Positions 9,258-17,753 of a stretch of DNA of 64,000 bases are shown here, piece by piece. The notes under the pieces were generated by a model. It was not told the origin of the DNA. It did no database searches and worked only from the letters and a program-made list of their open reading frames with translations. The first letter of the stretch is position 1, and every line of letters starts with the position of its first letter. The position numbers and the translations under genes were made by a program. This DNA comes from an uncultured Gammaproteobacteria bacterium (GTDB lineage Bacteria; Patescibacteriota; Patescibacteriia; Patescibacteriales; UBA12465): NCBI GenBank assembly GCA_964616855.1, contig CAZTUJ010000001.1:3872-67871 (forward strand), given 5' to 3'.

Positions 9258-9261
9258 AGCT

Positions 9262-9290
9262 TTGACTTTTTTGTTTTTCTCCCTTAGAAT
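9262..9290 (+). promoter_or_regulatory. Sigma70-type promoter for the DHH phosphoesterase gene
   Basis: TTGACT (9262-9267), a 17-nt spacer, then TAGAAT (9285-9290). The ATG at 9299 lies only 8 nt past the -10 element. Confidence 0.6.
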
Positions 9291-9298
9291 ATAGGGTT

Positions 9299-10324
9299 AT
9301 GCCTATGAAAGAACGTTTAGTTAAAGCTTATGCAATGATGCGCTCAGCTCAGCGTATTTTATTTGTTGCGCACTTGCGCCCAGATGGCGACGCCTTGTCT
9401 GCGGTTTTAGCTTTGCGTTTGATTGCCATGGAAATAGGAAAGGAAAGTGTTATTTTCTGTAAGGATAAGAACCCCGAACTTTTTGACTATTTGCCTGGTT
9501 TTTCCAATATTCATGGAAATCTAGAAAGTTTACAGCAAGCCCTTGGTCAGACTGAAAATTGGTATCAATATTTTGATTTGATTGTGGTGGCTGATTGTGG
9601 TTCTTTGGCTCGCACTGCTTTAGTCGAAGAAATTAAAGCCTTTAAACAACACGGAGGAAAAATTATTGAATTTGATCACCACCCTCGTATCGATGATTAT
9701 GCAGATTTAGAAATCCGTTACCCCGAATTGTCTTCCACGGCAGAATTAGTCTATAATTTTATTGTGGCTAATAAAATTACATTTAGTCGCGATTTAGCGG
9801 ATTGCATTTTAACAGGAATTTTAACCGATACCGGTAACTTTCTCTATCCTTCTGCCTCTGATGCCACCATGCAGGCCGCTTCAGCTTCTTTAGAAGCCGG
9901 AGCTCATTATACTAAGATTGTTAATTATACTCTGCGCAATAAAGACGTGGCCATGATTAAGATGTGGGGCTTAGCTTTGGAGCGCTTACATTTAAATCCG
10001 CGCTATCAAATTGCCACCTCAGTGATTACTCGTGATGATGTTTTGCAGATTTTTGGTGGCGATAATTTTGATAGTGCCGCCGAAAGCGATTTTTTCAGTG
10101 GTTTGGCCGGTTTCCTTAGTAATTTGGCAGGGGCAAAAGCGATTATGTTGCTGTACGAAGATCAGCGGGGCTTAGTTAAAGGCAGTTTGCGTAGCACCCC
10201 TGATGGTTTTTTGGTTGATAAACTGGCGCGTGCTTTGGGCGGCGGCGGCCATGAGCGTGCTTCTGGCTTTGCTCTGCCCGGACGCTTAGTGCAAAGAGAA
10301 AAAGATTGGCTTGTAGTTAATTAA
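9299..10324 (+). CDS. DHH/DHHA1 family phosphoesterase (NrnA-like oligoribonuclease / pAp phosphatase)
   Basis: 341 aa with motifs HLRPDGDALSA, VADCG, FDHH and a C-terminal GGGGHERASG. Confidence 0.85.
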   Translation: MPMKERLVKAYAMMRSAQRILFVAHLRPDGDALSAVLALRLIAMEIGKESVIFCKDKNPELFDYLPGFSNIHGNLESLQQALGQTENWYQYFDLIVVADCGSLARTALVEEIKAFKQHGGKIIEFDHHPRIDDYADLEIRYPELSSTAELVYNFIVANKITFSRDLADCILTGILTDTGNFLYPSASDATMQAASASLEAGAHYTKIVNYTLRNKDVAMIKMWGLALERLHLNPRYQIATSVITRDDVLQIFGGDNFDSAAESDFFSGLAGFLSNLAGAKAIMLLYEDQRGLVKGSLRSTPDGFLVDKLARALGGGGHERASGFALPGRLVQREKDWLVVN

Positions 10325-10376
10325 TATATTAAACAATTAGAAAGTTCTTTCAATAAATTAACCCTTAATACCTGTA

Positions 10377-10697
10377 ATGATGACAACTCCAGAAACTCCA
10401 AAGAAAAAGAAAAAAAAGGTGCAAACCTATTGGTATGCGGAGCCACTGAATCCGGCAACTAATGAATCCATTGCCAGGGAACTGGCAAAAAGTGCTGACG
10501 TCTCTGAGGCTATTAATTTAGATGTCGGTGACGGTGCCAAACACTCGGTTTATCAATTGCCCAGCTATCAGCTGGTTTCTATGCTCTATGCGGGCAAAAG
10601 GCAATTTAGTTTTAAATTTAACATTTACCGCCGTCAAGGAAGTCACGGCCAAATAGCCGAATGGAAATTTGGCGAAAAAAAGAAAAGCGGTATTTAA
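10377..10697 (+). CDS. Hypothetical protein with N-terminal poly-lysine tract (106 aa)
   Basis: The ORF is bounded by a downstream bidirectional terminator. I recognise no family. Confidence 0.5.
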   Translation: MMTTPETPKKKKKKVQTYWYAEPLNPATNESIARELAKSADVSEAINLDVGDGAKHSVYQLPSYQLVSMLYAGKRQFSFKFNIYRRQGSHGQIAEWKFGEKKKSGI

Positions 10698-10716
10698 ATT
10701 TAAGACAATTTGGTTT

Positions 10717-10746
10717 AAAAAAAGGACCCTCTGGGCCCTTTTTTCT
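10717..10746. terminator. Bidirectional terminator between the hypothetical gene and trmD
   Basis: AAAAAAAGGACCC-TCT-GGGCCCTTTTTT. The stem has one mismatch and is flanked by A and T runs. Confidence 0.7.
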
Positions 10747-10758
10747 TTATCAATTTAT

Positions 10759-11430
10759 TTATTTTTTAGTTTTCTGCTGTTGTTGTCTCCAAGCTTTGAT
10801 TTTGGCATGATTGCCTTCCAGGAGCACACTTGGCACTTTATATTTCTTACCAGCGGCGCTAAAGACAGCGGGACGGGTATATTGAGGATATTCTAAAATA
10901 TTTGTTTCTGAGTGTGATTCTTCGTTAATGCTTTCGGCATTACCTAAAACATCGGGCAGAAGGCGAGTGATGGAGTCTATGATAATTAAAGCGGGGAGCT
11001 CGCCACCGGTTAAGACGTAGTCACCAATAGAAATTTCTATATCAACAAATTTCTTGATGCGGGCATCAACGCCTTCATAGCGTCCACAAACAAAAGTTAT
11101 TTCTTCCAGTTTAGAGTATTGTTTCGCTAGTTTTTGGTTCCAAGTCTTGCCACTGGCAGATAGGAGAATAATTTTCTTTTTCGTTTCTTTGGCCTTGCTC
11201 TTCTTTTTTAAGTCACTGAGAGCAGCATAAAGGGGCTCAATTTTCATGAGCATGCCGGCGCCGCCGCCGTAGGGGGCGTCATCAACGGTGCGATGGCGGT
11301 CGCTAGTCCAATCACGGAGATTATATTTTTCTAGCTTAATTATTTTTTTATCCAATGCCCTTTTAATAATACTATCTTGGAGATAGGAGTCGAGGATGTC
11401 GGGGAAGATGCTTAAAAGTTTGAATTTCAT
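10759..11430 (-). CDS. trmD: tRNA (guanine37-N1)-methyltransferase
   Basis: 223 aa. MKFKLLSIFPD...RHRTVDDAPYGGGAGMLMK...LTGGELPA are typical TrmD motifs. Confidence 0.95.
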   Translation of the reverse strand: MKFKLLSIFPDILDSYLQDSIIKRALDKKIIKLEKYNLRDWTSDRHRTVDDAPYGGGAGMLMKIEPLYAALSDLKKKSKAKETKKKIILLSASGKTWNQKLAKQYSKLEEITFVCGRYEGVDARIKKFVDIEISIGDYVLTGGELPALIIIDSITRLLPDVLGNAESINEESHSETNILEYPQYTRPAVFSAAGKKYKVPSVLLEGNHAKIKAWRQQQQKTKK

Positions 11431-11447
11431 ATATAGTATTTTATAAC

Positions 11448-11481
11448 AAAAAAGCCAGATTGGGAAATCTGGCTTTTTTTA
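11448..11481. terminator. Bidirectional terminator between the KH-protein gene and trmD
   Basis: A-run, stem AGCCAGAT / ATCTGGCT with loop TGGGAA, then a T-run. Confidence 0.8.
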
Positions 11482-11496
11482 TTTTTTATCTAGAGA

Positions 11497-11832
11497 TTAA
11501 ATCTTCAGATCGTCCAAGGCGGAAGTATCAACATCGCCAAGGTCGGCAGAGTGCTCGTTAGACGGGCGGCTGCTGCGGCGATTACCTCCCTCCGGGTCAT
11601 AAATTTTCAAATTGACGCGAGAGTTATTTTTAGCGCCGACAATCTTTAGCAAGGTGCGAATCGCTTGCGCGGTTTGACCCTTGCGGCCGATGACATAACC
11701 CATATCGGCAGGATTGATTTTCAGGGTTAAAAGTACCCCCATCTCATCCACGGTCCGATCAACGGAGACATCATTAGGATTGCTGACGATGCTCTTTACG
11801 ATCATTTCGAGAAACTGTTTGTCTGCTTCCAT
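11497..11832 (-). CDS. KH domain RNA-binding protein (YlqC/UPF0109-like) with C-terminal tail
   Basis: 111 aa with the KH GXXG motif in VIGRKGQTAQAIRTLL. The position between rpsP and trmD is typical for this family. Confidence 0.8.
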   Translation of the reverse strand: MEADKQFLEMIVKSIVSNPNDVSVDRTVDEMGVLLTLKINPADMGYVIGRKGQTAQAIRTLLKIVGAKNNSRVNLKIYDPEGGNRRSSRPSNEHSADLGDVDTSALDDLKI

Positions 11833-11965
11833 ATTTGTTGTTGCTGGGCTTTCAAATCAGTCGGGCTAAAGCTCGTCAAACTTGAAAGATCCTAGACTTA
11901 AATTATATTATCTTGCTCACGCAAGATTTATACTAATATTATAATTATTGCCAGCCTTTGTCAAT

Positions 11966-12397
11966 TTAGGCTTGGTCAACAGGAGCTTCTTCTACGACCG
12001 GAGCCGGAGTTTCAGCGGGCACTTCTTCAGTGACAACCGGAGCTTCTTCTGCTATTGGGGCAGCTGCTTTTTCAGCAGAAGCGCGTTTATCAGCCTTAGC
12101 TTTTAACTGAGAAACCCTTTTTTCGTTGACTTTACCGGCTTTTGAAGCGGTCACCTTTTTACCTTCAATAATACCCTTGCCAATCAAGAGGTTATTAATG
12201 GTAGCGGTCATGCCGGCACCTTTTTCCAGCCAGTATTTAACTCGGTCACCCTTTACCTGTAAATCTTTGGAATAGGGGTTATAGGAACCCAAGATTTCTA
12301 AAGAGTTACCATAAGGATCGCGACCCTTTTCGGAAATAATCAGGCGGAAAACTTTTTTGTTGGTTTTGCCGATTTTAGACAATTTAATCATTAACAT
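11966..12397 (-). CDS. rpsP: 30S ribosomal protein S16 with A/P/E/V-rich C-terminal extension
   Basis: MLMIKLSKIGKTNKKVFRLIISEKGRDPYGNSLEILGSYNP matches the S16 core. The ATG at 12397 was chosen (12391 is an alternative). The longer 12469 start adds a non-homologous leader. Confidence 0.9.
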   Translation of the reverse strand: MLMIKLSKIGKTNKKVFRLIISEKGRDPYGNSLEILGSYNPYSKDLQVKGDRVKYWLEKGAGMTATINNLLIGKGIIEGKKVTASKAGKVNEKRVSQLKAKADKRASAEKAAAPIAEEAPVVTEEVPAETPAPVVEEAPVDQA

Positions 12398-12469
12398 AGG
12401 TGTTTGTAGAGGCGCATCCGAGCGGTAAATCCAGACGAATAACGCTGTTGTATTTTTCTTTATTGACAA

Positions 12470-12498
12470 ATATTAGCTTAATGCCCAGAAAAAGTCAA
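12470..12498 (-). promoter_or_regulatory. Sigma70-type promoter for rpsP (minus strand)
   Basis: Minus strand reads TTGACT (12498..12493), a 17-nt spacer, then TAATAT (12475..12470). It sits immediately after the pnp stop. Confidence 0.6.
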
Positions 12499-12499
12499 G

Positions 12500-14767
12500 T
12501 TAGAAGCGAGGCCTTCTGGGGGCATCATCGCGTCTCGGAAAGCGGCCACGATCGCCGCCAGGAGCGGGGCGGCGGAAGCCACCCATCCGATTTTCCGGGT
12601 TACCCTTGCCTTTATCATCTTTCCAATAGGCTTCATTCTCGCTTAAGCCTTTCATGGTTAGATTAATACGTCCTTGGTCGTCGATTTCAATGATTTTTAC
12701 GGTAACGATATCGCCGATATTAAGTAAATCACCGGGGGTGTTAACGAAGTAAGGAGCGAGTTCGCCGGCTCTTACTAAGCCGTCCTGGCTGTTGTTTAAT
12801 TGGACGAAGGCACCGAAGTCCATCATGCGCACCACTTTGCCGGTAATAGTTTCGCCGACTTCGAAAACGTGAACGATAGCTTTAACTTGTTCAACGGCTT
12901 CATTAACTTTAACGCTGTCGGTGCCACAGACCATCACGAGGCCATCGTCATCAATGTCGATGCTGACACCAGTTTCATCAATAATTTTGTTAATAACTTT
13001 GCCGCCCGGACCGATGATGGCACCAATTTTTTCAGGATCAACATGGAAGCTGATAATTCTTGGGGCATAAGGTGAAAGTTCGGCGCGCGGAGTGGGGATG
13101 GCGTCAGTGATGACTTTTAGGATTTTATTTAAAGCTTCGCGTCCTTGTTTGAAGGTTTGCTTCATGATTTCCGGAGTTATACCTTCGGTCTTGGTATCTA
13201 ATTGGATGCCAGTTAGACCAGCCGCTGTGCCCGTAATTTTAAAGTCCATACCACCATCTCCGTCTTCTAAATCCTGGATATCAGTTAATACCTGCCATTT
13301 GCTTAAATCTTTATAAGAGGCTAAGCCCATGGCGATACCGACTACCGGTTTTTTAATAGGGACGCCTGCATCCATTAAAGCGAGAGTAGAGGCGCAAGTA
13401 GAGGCCATGGAAGAGGAGCCGTTAGAGCCCAGGGTTTCACTGACAACGCGGACCGTGTAGGGAAAATCTTCCTTATTAGGAATCATTGGTAGCAAAGCTT
13501 TTTCGGCTAAAGCACCGTGGCCGATTTCTCGACGACCAGTACCGCGCATCGGGGCGGCTTCGCCGACACTGAAAGGCGGAAAATTATAGTGATGCATATA
13601 GCGTTTCTTGCTTTGTCCCTCCATGCCTTCTAACGACTGTTCTAAACCGGGAGCGCCTAAAGTGACAATTGATAAAACCTGAGTTTCACCACGAGAGAAT
13701 AAAGAGGTGCCATGATCACGGGGAAGCAAGGCGACTTCTGCATTTAAAGCACGAATTTCATCAAGAGCCCGACCATCAACGCGTTTGCCTTCTTCTAAGA
13801 TAGCGCGAGTTACTTCTTCATCAACTACCTTTTCTACTAGCGATTTAATAGCATAGCCGCGTTTATCGGCACTGATATTTTGGGAGAAAAGATAGGCGTC
13901 GAATTGTTCTTTAATTGCAGCAATAGCCGCTTTGCGCTCGCCTTTAGTATAATATACTTTATCGAATAAAATATTTTTTACATTTTCTTTTAACCAAGCT
14001 TCACCCAGAGCTAGGAGTGCTTTTTTGTCTTCTTCTTGTTTGAGCTCATCCTCGCTCTTTAAAGATTTTTTAACACTCGCCGTTTTCGGCGTGACTTGTT
14101 TTTGTAATTCTACAATCAAATCGATGGCCGGCTGCATTTTTTCTTGGCCGGCAAGGATTGCCTCCAACATTAATTCTTCTGGGACTTCATTTCCGCCGGC
14201 TTCAATCATGATAGTTTTGCCTTTAGTGCCGGCAACTACTAAATCCAAGCTACTCAAAAGTTGCTCAGCATAAGTGGGGTTGAAAATAAATTCATTTTCA
14301 ACGCGGCCAATGCGGACGCCACCTATAGGGCCCCGCCATTCTATACCAGAGATAGCTAGAGCGGCGGAAGAAGCAACGAGAGAAACAATGTCATGATCGT
14401 TTTCTTGATCAACCGCTAGTACGGTAATAATCACCTGGACATCACGACGGTCATCTTGGTTGAAAAGCGGGCGAATCGAGCGGTCGATCATACGTCCAGT
14501 CAAGACCGAGTCATCGCTAGGGCGACCTTCACGTTTAATCCAGCGGGAGCCTTTGATAATGCCAGCGGCATAGAGTTTTTCTTGGAATTCCACCATTAAA
14601 GGGAAGAAGTCAATTCCTTCCCGAGAAAATTTATTTTGCACGACGGTGGCCATGACCACGGTTTCGCCGTATTGGACTAAGACAGCCGCATCGGCCTGGA
14701 GGGCCATTTTGCCAGTCTTAATCGTGAGCTGGCGGCCAAGCCAGTCAGTGCTAACGATTTTTTCCAT
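12500..14767 (-). CDS. pnp: Polyribonucleotide nucleotidyltransferase (PNPase) with Arg/Gly/Pro-rich C-terminal tail
   Basis: 755 aa with two RNase PH domains, a KH domain (IIGPGGKVINKI) and an S1 domain, then the tail GFRRPAPGGDRGRFPRRDDAPRRPRF. Confidence 0.96.
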   Translation of the reverse strand: MEKIVSTDWLGRQLTIKTGKMALQADAAVLVQYGETVVMATVVQNKFSREGIDFFPLMVEFQEKLYAAGIIKGSRWIKREGRPSDDSVLTGRMIDRSIRPLFNQDDRRDVQVIITVLAVDQENDHDIVSLVASSAALAISGIEWRGPIGGVRIGRVENEFIFNPTYAEQLLSSLDLVVAGTKGKTIMIEAGGNEVPEELMLEAILAGQEKMQPAIDLIVELQKQVTPKTASVKKSLKSEDELKQEEDKKALLALGEAWLKENVKNILFDKVYYTKGERKAAIAAIKEQFDAYLFSQNISADKRGYAIKSLVEKVVDEEVTRAILEEGKRVDGRALDEIRALNAEVALLPRDHGTSLFSRGETQVLSIVTLGAPGLEQSLEGMEGQSKKRYMHHYNFPPFSVGEAAPMRGTGRREIGHGALAEKALLPMIPNKEDFPYTVRVVSETLGSNGSSSMASTCASTLALMDAGVPIKKPVVGIAMGLASYKDLSKWQVLTDIQDLEDGDGGMDFKITGTAAGLTGIQLDTKTEGITPEIMKQTFKQGREALNKILKVITDAIPTPRAELSPYAPRIISFHVDPEKIGAIIGPGGKVINKIIDETGVSIDIDDDGLVMVCGTDSVKVNEAVEQVKAIVHVFEVGETITGKVVRMMDFGAFVQLNNSQDGLVRAGELAPYFVNTPGDLLNIGDIVTVKIIEIDDQGRINLTMKGLSENEAYWKDDKGKGNPENRMGGFRRPAPGGDRGRFPRRDDAPRRPRF

Positions 14768-14913
14768 ATTGTTTTTGAGCCTGGCCTTTAAATTACAGGA
14801 CTGTATAGCCTTCCGCTCGGATAATTAGAATTAGGCGCGCGCGAATCATCTACAGTACTATCTATTTAAGGGTCAGGACATTAATAAAAATTTTTGTTTA
14901 CTAAAAGATCGGC

Positions 14914-15414
14914 CTAGCGGCCGATCAAGAATTTACGGTCGCTGCTGAGGTCGATGAAGTCATCGACTTCTTCGATTAAGCGGGAAGAGCAGGTCTTACG
15001 GAAAGCCATTACTTCCACCAAGCAACCTTTATTGTTCTGCAGGTATGATACCAGGGGTAGGTAGTCGCCGTCTCCAGAGACTAAGACAATCACGTCTAAT
15101 TTATCGGCGAGTTTAATCGCATCAATCGCAATACCAACATCCCAATCAGCTTTTTTAGCGCCACCCGCGAAAATTTGTAGGTCCTTCATTCTCACTTCAA
15201 AGCCTTGCTGGCTTAAAGCTTCAAAGAAGGCGGTTTCTTCTTCATTTTCTGCCCGGATAACATAAGCAGTGGCCCGGATAAGTTTCCGGTCGGCCACTGC
15301 TTGGCTAAGTATTTCTTTAAAGTTAACGCGCCTGCCGTAAAGGTTTTTAGCGGAATGGTACATGTTGGCGACATCTATCAAGACGCCGACGCGCTGTTCT
15401 TTGTGTTTTATCAT
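14914..15414 (-). CDS. NYN domain (LabA/DUF88-like) predicted ribonuclease
   Basis: 166 aa. The pattern VGVLIDVANMY ... LVSGDGDYLPLV is typical of the NYN/LabA PIN-like family. It starts 7 nt after the rpsO stop. Confidence 0.8.
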   Translation of the reverse strand: MIKHKEQRVGVLIDVANMYHSAKNLYGRRVNFKEILSQAVADRKLIRATAYVIRAENEEETAFFEALSQQGFEVRMKDLQIFAGGAKKADWDVGIAIDAIKLADKLDVIVLVSGDGDYLPLVSYLQNNKGCLVEVMAFRKTCSSRLIEEVDDFIDLSSDRKFLIGR

Positions 15415-15420
15415 AATTAA

Positions 15421-15807
15421 TTATTCATTGTCTTCCGTTATTTCCGGAATGATTTCCGCCGCTTCTTCTTCATCTTCACTGGCGACACTATATTTTTTTT
15501 CTTTTAACTTTTCTTCTTCTTCTTCAGCCTGTAATTTTTGCGCAATCTTTAACTTTAATTTTTCTGCTAATTCTTTAAATTGCTCAAAATTTTCTTTTTG
15601 TAAATATTTTAAGAGTTTGCGACGTTCGCCCACTTTTTTCAGTAAGCCACGGCGAGAGGAGTAGTCGTGTTTGTGTTGTTTTAAGTGTTCGGTCAGTTGT
15701 TTGATTTCTTCGGTTAAAATTGCAATTTGAACTTGCGGAGAACCGGTGTCAGTATCGTGAACACGGAATTTTTTAATGATTTTCTCCTTGTTTTTTTTAT
15801 CCAACAT
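15421..15807 (-). CDS. rpsO: 30S ribosomal protein S15 with acidic C-terminal extension
   Basis: The S15 core is present ([48 protein letters not shown]), followed by about 39 extra E/K-rich residues. Confidence 0.92.
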   Translation of the reverse strand: MLDKKNKEKIIKKFRVHDTDTGSPQVQIAILTEEIKQLTEHLKQHKHDYSSRRGLLKKVGERRKLLKYLQKENFEQFKELAEKLKLKIAQKLQAEEEEEKLKEKKYSVASEDEEEAAEIIPEITEDNE

Positions 15808-15879
15808 AGTTTTAGTCGCTTTTTCCGAGAAAGGGGACTTGCACCCGTCTCCCAGAAGAAGTGGTTATTTATAAAACGC

Positions 15880-16140
15880 TTATTTCAGCGTGTTGATTTT
15901 TTTAGCTAAACGGGATTTCTTTCGAGCCGCATTGCCTTTTTTGATAACTCCCTTTTTAGTGGCTTTATCAATCGCTTTCATTACTAAGGCTAAATCCTCT
16001 TTAACACTCTTATCGGCTGCCTGCACCTTTTTTAGGCTCTTTTTGACAGCAGTTTTCATGACGTTTTTGACTTTGAGGTTGGCAACCTCTCTCTTTACGC
16101 TCTTGCGTAATTCTTTCTTCGCCGATTTCTTATTAGGCAT
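15880..16140 (-). CDS. rpsT: 30S ribosomal protein S20
   Basis: 86 aa and very basic. MPNKKSAKKELRKSVKR... is a typical S20 N-terminus. Confidence 0.9.
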   Translation of the reverse strand: MPNKKSAKKELRKSVKREVANLKVKNVMKTAVKKSLKKVQAADKSVKEDLALVMKAIDKATKKGVIKKGNAARKKSRLAKKINTLK

Positions 16141-16261
16141 ACGAAATTTTTGATAAATTAGGTAAATTATTAAAAGTATTCTTATGTTAGCACAAAACTA
16201 AACAAAAATCAAGACCTAAATAGAACCAGTTTTGTGGTGATATTATTGTAAAAATAAGCTT

Positions 16262-16525
16262 TTATCCCAAGGAAATGATTTGAAAACCCTTTTCTTTAAT
16301 TTCTGCTTCTGTCCAGAAGAGTTTTTCCAACTTAAATTTATTTACCCCTAAGACTTTTTTCTCTAATGTTCGCCCAGTGTATTCTTTAGTTTCCGGGTCG
16401 TATTCTTCTAGGATTAAAATATCACCGGCACTAATAATAAAATCATTTAAACGGAGTTCGTAGTTTTTTTTACCTTCAACAATTTCTTGAAAATATAGGG
16501 ACCAGCATTTTTTCCTGATAATCAT
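16262..16525 (-). CDS. ASCH / DUF3850-like PUA-fold small protein
   Basis: 87 aa. The pattern YFQEIVEGKKNYELRLNDF..GDILILEEY matches the ASCH/DUF3850 signature as I recall it. Its start overlaps the pyk stop by 4 nt. Confidence 0.6.
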   Translation of the reverse strand: MIIRKKCWSLYFQEIVEGKKNYELRLNDFIISAGDILILEEYDPETKEYTGRTLEKKVLGVNKFKLEKLFWTEAEIKEKGFQIISLG

Positions 16526-17547
16526 AGATTTATATTTTTTTCTACGGCATCTATTATCTCGCGGGCGATTTTAATGGAAAAACCGGGTGTTAAACTTAAG
16601 CCGGTTTCTTTGGCAAACATGATGGCGTCAGCGCCGTCTAAGATAATATTGCTTAAATCCAGGATTTCCGAACGGGTGGGCCGGCGCTTATCAAGCAGAC
16701 TTTCTAAGATTTGCGTGGCCACTATTACTGGTTTGCCCGCCTTTTTGGCGGCCGCAATTATCCTTTTTTGATAGATGCCTAATAGTTCATACGGAGCGGC
16801 GAGCGCTAAATCTCCTCTCGCTACCATTAGCCAATCGGCGCTGTTGGCAATTTCTTCAATTTTTTCGATACCTTGGAAAGTTTCAACCTTGGCGACTAAG
16901 GGCGGAATTTGCTCGGAGTTTAAACTGGCTTTTATTAATGCCCGCACTTCTTCTAGATGTTTAGCGCTGTTAGTAAAAGATATGGCAATTAGGTCGGGAT
17001 TGATATTGGGTAGGATTTTAATGTGAGCCAGGGTGTCAGGGGTAATATGATTTAGTTCGTCAACGCCGATGCCCACGTTAAAGCCTTTCATGCTTTGGAT
17101 AAAGCCGTCGTTGAGAGATATTGCTTGAAAACTGTCAGGGCTAATTATTTTTTGAACTAACAAACTGGGATCACCTTCGCCTAAGCTAATTTCTTGATTT
17201 TCTTGGACAAGTAGGCTGATGTTGGGAGCGTTGACGGGAATGAATTCCTGAGGAAAAATGCTGTCAGCGGCGCTTTTAAAAATTACTTCTTGGCCTGATT
17301 TTACTGGGAATTCATTCGGTTCAAAGCGACCTAAGCGTAATTTTGCTCCTGGCAAGTCAGCCAATATTTTAACATCGGGTCGTTTTAAGTGGGTAATTAC
17401 TTCTCTGGCGATTTTAATATGTTCCTCCATCTCTACGGGGGAGCCGTGAGAGCAGTTGAAACGCAAAATCGTCGCCCCGGCCATAATGATTTCTTCAATT
17501 TTGGCAGGGGTGTAAGAATTTTTAGAGATGGTGGCGATTATTAACAT
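16522..17547 (-). CDS. pyk: Pyruvate kinase, barrel (A+B) domains only; C-terminal allosteric domain absent
   Basis: 341 aa with motifs NCSHG, DLPGAKLR, KVETFQG, MVARGDLA, ATQILESL and PTRSEILDLSNIILDGADAIMFAKETG. The protein ends right after the A domain. Confidence 0.85.
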   Translation of the reverse strand: MLIIATISKNSYTPAKIEEIIMAGATILRFNCSHGSPVEMEEHIKIAREVITHLKRPDVKILADLPGAKLRLGRFEPNEFPVKSGQEVIFKSAADSIFPQEFIPVNAPNISLLVQENQEISLGEGDPSLLVQKIISPDSFQAISLNDGFIQSMKGFNVGIGVDELNHITPDTLAHIKILPNINPDLIAISFTNSAKHLEEVRALIKASLNSEQIPPLVAKVETFQGIEKIEEIANSADWLMVARGDLALAAPYELLGIYQKRIIAAAKKAGKPVIVATQILESLLDKRRPTRSEILDLSNIILDGADAIMFAKETGLSLTPGFSIKIAREIIDAVEKNINL

Positions 17548-17588
17548 AGAAAATAATTAATCGCGCTGACTGCCTAAGCAGTTAAATG

Positions 17589-17662
17589 TCGGGGTACTGG
17601 GACTTGAACCCAGAATCTCCTGCTCCCAAAGCAGGCGCCCTAGCCAATTAGGCCATACCCCG
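17589..17662 (-). tRNA. tRNA-Pro (anticodon TGG)
   Basis: Reverse complement CGGGGTATGGCCTAATTGGCTAGGGCGCCTGCTTTGGGAGCAGGAGATTCTGGGTTCAAGTCCCAGTACCCCGA. The anticodon stem is CCTGC/GCAGG and the loop is TTTGGGA. Confidence 0.9.
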
Positions 17663-17677
17663 ATTTTTTCTAAAGCA

Positions 17678-17753
17678 AAAAAGTTATAGAGTTATAAAAT
17701 TATTTGCTTAAGCAGATGCTTGAAGTCATTACTTTATAACTTTATAACTTTTT
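17678..17753. repeat. 21-nt inverted repeat (one G-T position) separated by 34 nt, between tRNA-Pro and tRNA-Phe
   Basis: Left arm AAAAAGTTATAGAGTTATAAA (17678-17698). Right arm TTTATAACTTTATAACTTTTT (17733-17753). The spacer contains the GCTTAAGC palindrome. Confidence 0.8.

Noticed and set aside
10405-10420. A-rich tract (AAAGAAAAAGAAAAAAAAGG, including an A8 run) encoding poly-Lys, as a possible slipped-strand phase-variation site
   Set aside because: An 8-nt homopolymer is at the low end for phase variation. The gene is an uncharacterised ORF and there is only a single sequence, so nothing shows variability.
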